Positions 46,601 through 57,800 of a stretch of DNA of 64,000 bases are shown here, one piece after another. Source of the DNA: a virus. Where the stretch lies: positions 19,729-83,728 of IMG/VR virus record IMGVR_UViG_3300042691_023046. The stretch is one strand, 5' to 3'. Position 1 is the first letter of the stretch. Every line of letters begins with the position of its first letter. Below the pieces are notes generated by a model, which did no database searches, was not told the DNA's origin, and was given only the letters and a program-made list of their open reading frames with translations. A program made the position numbers and the translations under genes.

Positions 46601-47769
46601 TTGTTGGCTCTGGAAATATTTTTGAAAGACCTGCCTATGAATTATTACCTTCTAAAGAAGGTAATTTTGGTACTCAACATAGATTTTCATGTAAATTAAC
46701 CTCTTATGGTTATTTTGGTATAGATGTGGAATCTGGTATAATGTTTATATTAAGTAAATCAGGAGGAGGATTTAATATAGAAGTAATTAGTAATAATGGT
46801 TTTAAAAGATGGATGTATAATAATTTAAAATATACTAATATTTTAGAATCATTGACAAATGTAACAGTAACAGATGATAATCCTTATTTTGGTTTTGGTT
46901 ATACTGTAGGATATGATAATGAATTTAGAAGATTAATTATAACTAAAAAAGCATATACTCTAACTGATACAGGTTCTATAGCAATAGGTTTAAATTACTT
47001 AGAATATTTAAATAATAGATGGATATTAAATAATAACGAAGAGATTACATTTGACAATGTTACATATTTTATAAATAAAGGGTTTACTATTTCTTATGAT
47101 TTAGATGCAAAAAAGTTTACTTTTTTTCATGATTACTATCCTAATAAATATTTTAATAGCCGAACAGAAATATTTTGTTTTAAAGAAAAACAAACTAGTG
47201 TTTCACAGGATAATAGAATATTTAAATTAAATCAAAGTAATAAAGGTATATATGATAATACAACAATTATAAATGTAGATAGTGGAACAGAATCAGCAAC
47301 ACCATATCCATTTTATATTGTACCTGTAATTAATCATAATTCAGATACTTTTCAAGCTATAAATTTATCATGGATAACTAGAGTTTTTAATAATAGTGGA
47401 GGATTATTACCTCAAGAAACATTTACAAAAGTTTTAGCTTTTACATCATATCAGTCAACACCTGATACAAATGTAGTTATTTTTAACTTTACTAATTATT
47501 TTGATGCTAATACTAGAAATATAAAAAATGAATGGTTTTATAATAAGTTAAGAGATTATTTAGTTGATACTAATTATAACTCTGGTGTACCTTTTATTAA
47601 TAATTATTCTGAACTAAATTCCAGTTTAATTGATGTGTCTAAAAGTTTTGAAAAAATTAGACCTCTGGAAGATAAGTGGTTAGCTGTAAAATTTACTTAT
47701 GACAATATAAATCAAAATGAAATACATATATTGCAAATTAGCGCAATTATAACTCCTATAAATAGATAA
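43615..47769 (+). CDS. Muzzle / tail stabilisation protein (P22 gp10-like)
   Basis: 1384 aa beta-propeller-like; KVRHHRFP, NKGKIINI, FTISYD...FFHDYYP; synteny before cargo genes. Confidence 0.8.
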   Translation: MKHIGLERDLSNEDIPVNHSIDAKNGVNSKIKGASINEGGFKIYQKAGTAQSYKYNLPVTLSSVVYKRKPIGEILIDDDTFVIFSLGYTSTVSSTGLFSFSEIGLLQKNGNYIALINDYSNTEKFSFNPSFPYTGEFTRNYLNEILIVATDNNFTPLYINITKLLNNAILTGSPLISFVLNDYIMFPTVNIINTSIKINDTGGTLENGVYYLSYIYENEDLSINSIGLFDNPISIFNTTLGNTLSSYNKVKGDLTLENTSKSLSLTLTNVNTNFKNIKVLALIKRNGVTYSKYISNIPITSSTLNFTISNSEQIGSAISLSEALTPTLKFNKVYKFTQVYNRLYAARTSNNSLRSFQKYANTINLKWCSKLISPLDGDNAAKKEFNYDSKTFAHKEVYAMYIHLVLTDGTVTEGFHIPYNRLNSAAITSAGYRAASTLATNQGLSALKFQLEDTSVLNSVSGSGSNSGAIGEFGFWENQDEFYPNTDDFAPVSGSQDLRGQKVRHHRFPSINWFKQNVYNFNKYGTSQLDQLGILVSNVNIPTAIRPFVKSWFISYAQRDYNNSTVVGQSIVLYESSDFDADNSTYNTYPIVWSSGFNFRANFGTPVTPTECLTGVFSKTTDKTLLRFYDLNLLKNRVDINPSYVSNELMLISDWDYEVIANCNGGHIDGNNAAIFEINYIKKAGAESISTHAINYLGNNIDVRYRKINSYKYLENNVIDDIIKNNTLENTLFLDIDSSNGFKYMPINVGLSSVNNIGSWFQQSSFWNTVKYRTYLTTLMNLYVNCYNSLDNQKLVNTGIYFDVSLNSSSAIYKGDNFTNYYSFHTSGWGGAGSHQLYVNADGFKGLRNIFTHVCETPANIALRSSDNNTPTNKFYPESAADYIKDINREEIVVNTLYNSDYSSINNIGTLIPYQFNKEFSIDDFYKINRNIAEQSESLDIGWRTWLANDYYIVARNKGKIINIEGYDRTLIIHTENSLMFTVGNEELKIDTSTAFVGSGNIFERPAYELLPSKEGNFGTQHRFSCKLTSYGYFGIDVESGIMFILSKSGGGFNIEVISNNGFKRWMYNNLKYTNILESLTNVTVTDDNPYFGFGYTVGYDNEFRRLIITKKAYTLTDTGSIAIGLNYLEYLNNRWILNNNEEITFDNVTYFINKGFTISYDLDAKKFTFFHDYYPNKYFNSRTEIFCFKEKQTSVSQDNRIFKLNQSNKGIYDNTTIINVDSGTESATPYPFYIVPVINHNSDTFQAINLSWITRVFNNSGGLLPQETFTKVLAFTSYQSTPDTNVVIFNFTNYFDANTRNIKNEWFYNKLRDYLVDTNYNSGVPFINNYSELNSSLIDVSKSFEKIRPLEDKWLAVKFTYDNINQNEIHILQISAIITPINR

Positions 47770-47772
47770 AAC

Positions 47773-49458
47773 ATGGAATATTTAAAAAGCATTTATAATT
47801 ATAAAAATTTATTACCTAAATATGGTAATGGTATTTCATTACAAGGAAGTAATACATTTAATTCATCTATGAATGATAAATCATGGATGAAATCTTTAGC
47901 AAACAAAAATATTGCTAAATCTGGTGTAGGTTTTGGTAATATGGATGCAATAACAGGTGTATCTAATATAGTTATGCCTTTTATAGAAAATGCTACTACT
48001 ACAAGTCAAACTGACATGTACGGTAATAAATTTGAAAAAAAAGATGTAGGAGTAGGAGCATTAAGTGGAGTAGCTAGTGGAGCAGGTTTAGGTACAATGA
48101 TAGCACCAGGAATTGGTACAGCTATAGGAGCAGGATTAGGAGCTATTTGGGGAGGAGCTACTACTGGTATGGAAAATGACGAAAATTTAAAAGCTTTAGC
48201 AGAAAGTAATAAAAAATATTCAAATAGTATGTTTGATAATGCTAAACAAACTCAAAAAAATTTAGTAGCACAAGGTTTTAATTCACAAGGTACAACAGGA
48301 ATGATGTATAAAAAAGGTGGTAATGTTATAAAACCACAGTATGAAGTAGAACAAGGTGAAGTAATACAAGGTAATAATGTTGAATTGGAAGCAGGACATC
48401 AATTAGCTTCTGATATACATAAAGTTGATGGTAAAAAACATGAACAAGGAGGAGTTAATGGTAAAGGTGGAGAAATAGTAAATTCTGATAGTATAGTTAT
48501 TGGTGATGATTTTGCTAATTCTTTAAAACAATATAAATATAATTTTAAACCTACAGATACAGTTGCACAAGTAGCTGAAAAACTAGGTAAAGATAAAGGA
48601 AAGTATGAAAAAAACTTAAATTCTAAAGATGCTTTAACTGTTAAAACAGCTAATGTAATGATTAAAAGAATAGATGAATTAAGTAATGCTAATTTTGAAA
48701 ATCAAGAAAATATTAAAAGAATACAAGAAGAAGGAGAAAATATGCAAGCTTATAAAAAAGGTGGTAATTTACCAATGTATAAAAAAGGTGTTGATATACC
48801 TATAGAACAATTATTAAATACAGGAGTAACAGCAGCTAATTATTTAAATGCTGATAATCAAGGTACTAATATTAAAAGACAAACAGCTACACCTAATTAT
48901 ATAAAAGCACCTAATAATTTAAGTTTTGAAAAACAAAATATTAATAATGAAATAGCTAATACTAAAACTGATATGATTAGAAAATCTGGTAATATCAATG
49001 AAACAAGTGCTAGATTAGCTAATTTAACAGCAGCAGGTTTAGAAGCTACTAATAAAGCAGTAGTTAATCAAAATAATTTAGATTTACAAACTAATAATAT
49101 GAATATTGGTATTGGTAATGATTATAAAAATAGAGTAGCTGAAAATGCTAATGCTGATGCTATTGATATGTTACAAGGTAAAAATGCTATTTTAACTAAT
49201 AAACAAAATGCTATAAATACAGGTTTAGCAGGTTTTATACATAATAGAACTACACAAGAAGCTTATGATATTGAAAAGCAAAAATTAGCTATAGCTAAAA
49301 TGGATGGTGGTAGAGGTACAGCAGATAGAAGTACAGCAGCTATAAGAAAAATGGTAGAAAATGGTAGTTTATCTCCTTCTGATTTTGAAAGAATGACAGG
49401 AGAAAAATATACGGTTAAAAAAGGTGGTTATATAAAATCAGGAAAAATGTATTGTTAA
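47773..49458 (+). CDS. Cargo / ejection protein with glycine-zipper TM
   Basis: GAGLGTMIAPGIGTAIGAGLGAIWGG; EVEQGEV...HEQGGV; repeated YKKGG. Confidence 0.7.
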   Translation: MEYLKSIYNYKNLLPKYGNGISLQGSNTFNSSMNDKSWMKSLANKNIAKSGVGFGNMDAITGVSNIVMPFIENATTTSQTDMYGNKFEKKDVGVGALSGVASGAGLGTMIAPGIGTAIGAGLGAIWGGATTGMENDENLKALAESNKKYSNSMFDNAKQTQKNLVAQGFNSQGTTGMMYKKGGNVIKPQYEVEQGEVIQGNNVELEAGHQLASDIHKVDGKKHEQGGVNGKGGEIVNSDSIVIGDDFANSLKQYKYNFKPTDTVAQVAEKLGKDKGKYEKNLNSKDALTVKTANVMIKRIDELSNANFENQENIKRIQEEGENMQAYKKGGNLPMYKKGVDIPIEQLLNTGVTAANYLNADNQGTNIKRQTATPNYIKAPNNLSFEKQNINNEIANTKTDMIRKSGNINETSARLANLTAAGLEATNKAVVNQNNLDLQTNNMNIGIGNDYKNRVAENANADAIDMLQGKNAILTNKQNAINTGLAGFIHNRTTQEAYDIEKQKLAIAKMDGGRGTADRSTAAIRKMVENGSLSPSDFERMTGEKYTVKKGGYIKSGKMYC

Positions 49459-49494
49459 TAAAAATTAATTCAGTTTTCATACAGTTTAAGTTTT

Positions 49495-49529
49495 AGGCAA
49501 AAAATATTTATTTATTTTTTGCCTTTTTT
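49495..49529 (+). terminator. Intrinsic terminator
   Basis: AGGCAAAAAATA / TATTTTTTGCCT followed by TTTTT. Confidence 0.75.
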
Positions 49530-49546
49530 ATTTGGTTTTTTTCTTT

Positions 49547-49554
49547 TATTTTTG
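49547..49554 (+). promoter_or_regulatory. Bacteroidota -7 promoter box upstream of cargo/RNAP genes
   Basis: TATTTTTG between terminator and ATG 49583. Confidence 0.55.
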
Positions 49555-49582
49555 TATTGCAAAAATTAAACACGCTATAAAC

Positions 49583-51886
49583 ATGGATTATGTAAATAAA
49601 CAAAATTACGTGCCAGTTGTTCGCAACTATGTACAAGGTGCTACAGCAGAATATACAGATTTACAAAATAGACTTAAACAAGATTATGATAATACAGCTA
49701 GTCAATATGATGCTTTACAAGAAGCTAAAGATAGTATGAAATATATAAAAGGTAGTAAAGGTGATGAAGAAGCTTATAAACAAGCTTTTGATTTAGCTTC
49801 TAAAGAGATAGATGAAGCTGCTAGAGTAGGAGATTATGAAAATAGAGGAAGGTTAGCTAGAAAAGCTATTAAAAATTTTCAAGAAAATTATAATCCTATA
49901 TTTAGTAGATATAATCAATATCAAGAAAATATAAAAAAAATTTCAGAAATGAAAGATTTAACAGAAAATGATAAATTTGCAGCTATTAAATCTTTAAATG
50001 AAAATTATATAAATAATCCACAATATAATGAAAAAGGTAAAGTTGTATTAAATAATTGGCAAGAATATTTACCCCATAAAAATGAAGATAGACAAAAAAT
50101 AATAGGTGATTTTGCAGATAAAATAACTAAACAAGAATGGGCTAATTTACCTAATATACAAAATATAAAAGGTTATGATTATTTTGTTAAATTAGCTAGA
50201 GAAGAAAGAACACCAGAAAGAATATATCAATTAGCTTCTGCTTATGCTGCTCAACAACCAGAAATTCAAATGGATTTAGAAAGAGAAGCAAAACTTTTAC
50301 CTTATAAACAAAATATAAAAGATATAACTAATTCTAAAGAATTTCAAAAATGGGTATCACCAAAAATAAATTTTAAAAATAAAGAAGAAGAAGATAATTT
50401 TAATAATAATTTATTAAACGGTAATTTGCAAAAACAATTTTATAAAGAAAAATTATTACATAGTGATTTAGCAACAACAGCAGAAAAATTAAAAATACAT
50501 AATTTTAAATATGATTTAGATGGTATGACTGAATATGATAAATTACGTCTTAAATCTAAATATGATAAAGAAGTAGCTTCTGAAAATACTGTTTTAACAG
50601 AAGTAGGTAATCAAGATATAAGTGAAGATTTTAAAACTCAAAATGAAAATATAAATATTCAAAAGCAATCAATAACTTCTAATTATAATCAAATGTTAGA
50701 AAGTAGAAAATATATTTCTGATTTAGTAAAAAAAGAAAATGAAGATAAAGTTTTAGAAGATTTTTATAATAATAAACCAATAGAAGAAATATCTAAAAAA
50801 TATAATGTTGATGGTATTAAATTATTACAATATTATAATGATTATAAAGAAGCTCAAGATAATTATATAAAAGCTGATAAAAGTAAAAAATATAGTGAAA
50901 GATTTTTAAATGATGTACAACAAAATAAAAATTTAAAAATTAATGAAAAATATGACAATTATTTAAAAAATTTTAGTAATACTGATAATAAAGGTCGAAA
51001 ATATCAAGATAATGGAGAACTTGGTATTATAACAGCTTCTTCAAAAACTAAATTTACAGAAGCTACTTTAAAATATTTAAATGGAGAAATAATAGACCCT
51101 AAAGTATATAGTAGGGATTTAGTTCAATTTGTTGAAAATAACTATGAAAAAGAAAAGGATTCTAAAATTTTAAATAAAGTAGATTTAAAATATGGTATTC
51201 AAGCAGAAGGAACAGCTATAGGAGAACAGATGAATAATATAGCTAAAGGTATTGAAAGTAATCCTATGAATTATAAAATAGCAGGTCAAGATGCTAATGT
51301 TTATACTAAATTAGTAAATGATGGTAAAATAGATGCTTCTGATAATAATCCTCAAATAAAAGTAATAGAAAAAACTTATGGTTTAGGTACAGTTAATAAT
51401 AACCCTTATTATTTAATTAAATTGAAAGTTGGAGAAGGTAAAGACAGTAAAGAAGTTTCTTATAAAATAGATGCTAGTTTAAATAAAGAAGTACATGATA
51501 GAGGTATAAAAGAATTATATGATAAAACTAAAGATAAATCTGTAAAAGAACAAATAGAATTTGATTATGTTCAAAAACAAATGCCAGAATATATTGATGC
51601 TTATAAATTAGAAATTGGTAATAGTCCAGAATTATCTAAAGGTGTTATTATTAACGGTAAAAATGCAGCAGATGGAAAAGTAGCACAATATAAAATAGCT
51701 AGAGCAATTGAACCTTCATCTAAAAACAATTTAATAAATAAAGATGGTAAATATACAGGAAAATATGTGTTATATCAAAATACTCCAAATGGATGGCAAT
51801 CAGTAAAACAACAAAATAATAATCAATTATTATTTAATGATATTGATGCAATTTTTACAGAAATAGGTAATATAGAATTAAATTAA
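49583..51886 (+). CDS. Cargo / ejection protein
   Basis: Helical 767 aa from ATG 49583 (preferred over TTG 49532); synteny before virion RNAP. Confidence 0.65.
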   Translation: MDYVNKQNYVPVVRNYVQGATAEYTDLQNRLKQDYDNTASQYDALQEAKDSMKYIKGSKGDEEAYKQAFDLASKEIDEAARVGDYENRGRLARKAIKNFQENYNPIFSRYNQYQENIKKISEMKDLTENDKFAAIKSLNENYINNPQYNEKGKVVLNNWQEYLPHKNEDRQKIIGDFADKITKQEWANLPNIQNIKGYDYFVKLAREERTPERIYQLASAYAAQQPEIQMDLEREAKLLPYKQNIKDITNSKEFQKWVSPKINFKNKEEEDNFNNNLLNGNLQKQFYKEKLLHSDLATTAEKLKIHNFKYDLDGMTEYDKLRLKSKYDKEVASENTVLTEVGNQDISEDFKTQNENINIQKQSITSNYNQMLESRKYISDLVKKENEDKVLEDFYNNKPIEEISKKYNVDGIKLLQYYNDYKEAQDNYIKADKSKKYSERFLNDVQQNKNLKINEKYDNYLKNFSNTDNKGRKYQDNGELGIITASSKTKFTEATLKYLNGEIIDPKVYSRDLVQFVENNYEKEKDSKILNKVDLKYGIQAEGTAIGEQMNNIAKGIESNPMNYKIAGQDANVYTKLVNDGKIDASDNNPQIKVIEKTYGLGTVNNNPYYLIKLKVGEGKDSKEVSYKIDASLNKEVHDRGIKELYDKTKDKSVKEQIEFDYVQKQMPEYIDAYKLEIGNSPELSKGVIINGKNAADGKVAQYKIARAIEPSSKNNLINKDGKYTGKYVLYQNTPNGWQSVKQQNNNQLLFNDIDAIFTEIGNIELN

Positions 51887-51888
51887 TC

Positions 51889-54800
51889 ATGCCAAAAACA
51901 CCAGAAAAATCAAGAAGAATAGGTATTATACCTATAGATAATTACAACCCTAAATCAAATGTAGTTAAAAATACAATAAGTCCTGATTTAGGTAATTTAA
52001 GTAAAGTTAAAGATTACGGTTTTGACACTTCATTATTTGGAGAAACTTCTTTAAATAATTTAAATGAACCTTTAGCTTTAAATCAAAGTTTTTTAGAAAG
52101 ACGTGCTAGAAATTTAAGTAGAGGATTAGCAACTTTTGGTACAGCAGCAGCAGAAACAATTGGTACTATCGCTAGTTTACCTTATGCTTTATCTAAAATA
52201 GGTACAGAAGAAGGATTTATAGAAGGTTTGACAAATAACTCTTTAATGAAAGGTATAGAAACTTTACATGAAGATATATTACAAAATCAAGAATTATATT
52301 ATACACAAGATGAACTTAATGATAAAACAATATCAGGTTGGCTTACATCAGGACAATTTGCTGATGATGGTGTACAAGGTTTAGCTTTTTTAGCTTCACA
52401 ATTTATACCTATGAAATTAATAGGTAGTTTAAGTAAAAGTGCTACATTTTTAAGTAAAATAGGTAAAAGTGGTAAAATATTACAAGAATCAGGTGTTGTT
52501 TCTAAATTATTAGAAGCTAAAACATTAAAACAATTAAGTAATTTATCACAAGCTGAAAAAGCTGCTATGGCAGCAGAAGGAATAGATTTAGTTAAATTGC
52601 AAAACACTATTGGTAATATTCAAAGAATAAATCAAAAAGTAGGATTAGGAGTTGGTGCTATAGTAGGTAGATTAGGAGAATCTGCTATGGAAAGAAATCA
52701 AACTTATAATGAAATTTATAAACAACAAATAGAAAGTGGTGTTTCAGAAGATGAAGCTAAACAAATAGCTATTTCTCAATCTAATAATGTATTTTTAGGT
52801 AACTTAGCTTTAGCAGCTTTAGATTATCAACAATATACTTCTATGTTTGGTGCTTTTAGTAAAAGTGGTAAAAAAGAAGTTATTAGTAATGTAACTGATG
52901 ATGCTACAAAATTGTTATTTAAAGATGGAGAAAAATTAGCTGCTAAACAATTAAGTAAAGCAGAAAAATTAAGTAATTATTTATGGGGTATAGGTAAAAT
53001 GTCTAGTAGTGAAGCTTATGAAGAATTACAACAATATTCTTTTCAAGAAGTAGCTAAAAACGCAGCTTTAAAATATAATAAAACAGATTATACAGATGAT
53101 ATATTAAATTTTTTATCAGAATCTATAGGAGATTTACCTAAATCTATATCTACTTTAGAAGGACAAAAAGCAGCTATACTAGGAGGTTTACTAGGAGGAG
53201 GAATGACTGCTATTAATACTATAGGTCAACAAACTCAAAAACAAGAAATAGCTAATTCAATAGCTACAGATTATAATAATAATGCTATTTATGAAAAAGA
53301 AAAATTAGACCCTACTAAAAGATATATAAAAGATGCAGAAGGAAGAACTGTTTTAAATAATGAGTATTTATCAGGATTAAATAGATATACTCAAATTGAA
53401 GAAAGAAAAGCTATAGCTGCTAAACAAAAAGATTTTATAACTTGGGATAAATTAAATAATTTACAATTATTTGGACAAGTAGAATCATATAAAAATGCAG
53501 GTATGATTGAAGATTTAAAATCTAAATATGAAGAATATAAAGATTTAACTAATGAAGAATTAGCAACTCAATTAAATACAACTGTAGATAATATTCAAGA
53601 TAGTAGAAAAACAACAGAAGAAATATTAACTAAAATTGATAATTATAGTAATTTATTAGATAATGTTAATTCTGACCCTACATTAGGTGCTTTAAATAAA
53701 GATGCTCAAAAAGTAGCTGCGACAAAGTTATTTAATTATGAAGAAAACAAACATCAATTAAATAAAATAAATAGTAAACTATTGGAATTAGATGCTAAAA
53801 ATACTACTTTTATAGATAATACTACTTTTGATAGTGAAACAGATTTACAACAATTAGGTAACAGACAATCTAAATATGAAAGTTTAGAAGGTTTAAATCC
53901 TAGTGAACAAGTAGAATATAAAAATTTAAAACAACAAAAAGAAGATATTATAAAAGAAAATAAAGAAGTTTTAAATTGGTTTACAAAAGTTAGAAAAACA
54001 GATAATCTTATAAAGTTTAATCAAGGTATAGATGATTTTTCAGCTACTAAAAAAGAAGAATTAGTTCAATCAAAAAAAGATGCTATTTTACAATCACAAT
54101 CAGCTAATGATTTTTATAATGATAATATTATAAAAGATAATGATGGATTTGATTCTAGTGAAATTGAATTGTGGAGTGATAATAGTAATGTACCTATTTC
54201 TTTTTCTTTAGATGAAAATGATAAAACTGTATTAAAATCAAAAGATGGATTTAATTTAAAATTAGATGATTTTTTAGCAAATACAGCAGCTAATGAAGGT
54301 AAGTATGTACAAATTGATGAAAATGGGGAACAAGGTTCATTTACTGTTAAAATAAATCCTGTTAATAGTATTAGAACTAATAGAATAAATAAACAAGAAA
54401 TTGAAAAAACAGAAGCAGCTATACAAGCTTTAGAAATAGCTAGAGAAGATTTAAATAGAAGTATTAATAATATAGAAAACAATAGTTTTACTAAATTACA
54501 AAACGCTTATAAAAAATTAGATGTTTTAACTAAAAAATTATCTTTATTTAGTAATAATTATAAACAAACTAGAGAAGAAGTAATTGCTTTAGTAAAAGAA
54601 AAACAAGAATTAGAAAATCAAATAACTGAATTAGAAAAAGAAGTTAATGCTTCTGAAATTAACTATAGTAATGTATTAGAAGGTTTAGATTATTTAAAAA
54701 CTCAAAGAGATAAAATAACAAACCAAATTAATATATTAAAAAAAGAAATATCTGTTGCTAAACAAAAAAAAGGTGTAAGATATAAATCTGAATTTTTTGA

Positions 54801-57800
54801 TAAATATAACAAACAATTAACTACTACTAATGGTTTAATAAAAGATATAGAAGATATAGTTAATGATTTACAAACTTCTATAAAAGAAAAAAAAGAATAT
54901 TTAGGTAATTTATATAAAGTACTAGAAGCTATAAATCAATTTATAGAAAAATCTTTATATGATATGATTGGTGAAAATAATATTATCAATCAAATATTAA
55001 ATGATAAAGGTATTAACACAACTACTGATTTAGTTAATTGGTTTAAAAATTACAATGATGGTTATAAAACTAATAGTAAAGCAGAACAAACAGAATTTAT
55101 AGAAACTTTTGTAGAAGTGTTAGGTATTATAAAAGATTCTGATTTAAAAAAATATACTAATGAATTAAATAAATTAAAACGTGAAATAAAAGCTTTAGAA
55201 ACAGAAATAGATAAAATAAACGATAATAAAGAATATAAATTATTAAAAACTAATTCTAAAAGATTTGAAAAAGTTTTAAAAGATTATAGTGATATTTTAG
55301 CTAATAAACAAAGAGTTAAAACTGTAGTAAATAAAGGTGAAGAAACTATATTAGTAAGTGAAGCTAAAGATTATGATGAAGGTAAAGATATAGCTGTTTA
55401 TGGAATGTTTTTAACAGCAGGAAATGATTTACCTACTTATAAAGAAGTTGGTAACAAAGAAGCTGTAAAAACATTAAATCCTAATCCTGACCAAAATAAT
55501 TTTTTTAGATGGTTAGAACATGAAAGTCATAATTATAAACCATCACAATTACAGTTAATGACTGTACATATAAATGATAGTGTTTATGGTAAAGGTAAAA
55601 AAGATTCTATATTTAATGATATAACTGATGATAGTCAATATGATAATGTTGATAATATAAGACTTATTTTAATAGATAAATCTACAGGAAAACCTATAAC
55701 TTATTTAAATGGATTACCAGTAAGTACTAATTTAAGAACATCAGAAAATTTAAATTTTTCAAATGGAGCAGGTAAATATTATTCTAGTGAATTTGAAAAA
55801 GGTTCAAAAGAATATAAAGAACAAATAAAAAATGCTCAAATAGAATTAGAAAAAATTAGAACTTTAATTAAAGAAAATCCTAATAAAAACTATTTCACTA
55901 ATGTAACAGAATTAAATAGAGGTAGAACAGTTAATAATGATAAGCCAACTACAATTGTAGGTAGCTTAATTAAAGATTTAAGTGATAAAGAAACTAATAA
56001 AATAGAAATAGTACCAGTTACTATAGCTGTACAAAAAGGAAAAAGGTTTGTTGATATACCTTTAGGTCATGTTGTTATTAAAGATACTAATAGTGATAAT
56101 AATTTTACTACAGCTATAACTAGAAAGTTAAATACTAATGAAGCTAATACTGTATTGTTTTTAGTAAAACAGTATATTAAAACTTATAATGAAACAATAG
56201 GAAGTGATGAAATTAAACATAAAGCAGCTAATGTATTAAATCCTAGCAATACTTCAAAAACAAATACAGATTGGAGTGTACTTACTTATATTAAAAATAT
56301 TGTATATTTAAACTCTAAAAGTATTAATCCTATTTCAATTGAAAGTGGTAAATTATTTATAAATGATAAACTTATAGAAGTAGAAGAATTATTATCTGGA
56401 GAATTAGACCAATCAATAATAACTCATTTATTACAAAAACCTTTACAAGTAAATACTAATGCTAATGTAAATAATAAAAAATATCAAGAAGCTGTTTTAG
56501 AAAACGGTAAAATAAAAATTTACAATCATCCTAGTTATAAACATTATTTATTAACAGGTACTAAAGATGCACAAGGTAATCTGATAAATGAAGCACCATT
56601 AAAAGTAATGGTAAAACCAAATATTAATCCTTCGCAAGCAGATATAGCTACTAAAGGTGAGATTAGAAGATTTGTTAATGGAAGTATAGCTTTTAGTAAA
56701 GATTTTGTAGCAGCAGGAGAAAAAACTACTGAAAATAGTGTTAAAAAAGTAGATTTTACAAAACCAGATTTAACAGAAACAATTTCTACAGAAACTAATG
56801 ATAAAACAACTAAAACTTATAGTAGTGATAAAGGAGATATTACTTTAACTTATGAAGGTGATAAATTAACAAATATATTAATAGAAAATAATGAAACAGC
56901 AGAGCATAATACTAATATATTAAATCAAGTATTAACAAAAGAAGGTGGTCAAAAACAAGTAGAAAATTTACTTAAAACTTTTAATGCTGTTGAAATAACA
57001 GAAAAATTTGAAGAAAAAGAAGTTGAAGTTATACCATTTGTAAATGCTTTAAATATTAATTTTGATGAAATAGAAACAAAAATTGTTGATAAAACTAAAT
57101 TACCTTTGTTAGATAAAGTATATAGTAATAATGGTACTTTAATTAATTTAGATGAAGCTAGACAAAATTTAGCTAATTTATTAGGTATTGATTTTGAAGA
57201 AATAAATGGAGAATTAATTGATGGTATAGCAGGTGGTAGAATTTTACAAGATGGTAGAATATTATTATCTAGTTTAGCTGAAAAAGGTACTGAATTTCAT
57301 GAAGCTTTTCATAGAGTTTCACAATTTATGATTAAACCAGAACAAAAACAAAAACTATATGATGAATATAGAAAAAGAACTGGTTTTAATGGTAATAATA
57401 AAGCTACAGAAGAAATGTTGGCAGATGATTTTATGGATTATATGTTAGATGGTAGTAAAAATATACCTACAATAGAAAAATCATTATTTAATAAAATTAT
57501 TGATTTTATAAGTAAAATATTTAATTTAAATAATCAATATAAAACAAATGATAATATATACAATTTATTTGAAAGTATAAAAAGAGGTGAATTTAAAAAT
57601 CAACCTATGATAAATACTTCAATGGATTATATGATGTTAAATTCTGTTCAACATGATAAAGCTTTACAACTACATGCTTTTTTTACAGAAGTATTGTTAG
57701 ACCCTGCTTATAAAGGAAAAGCTCTATATAAATTATCACATGAAGGTATAAATAGTTTAGAACCATTTTATACTTATATATTTGATAATTATTATCAACC

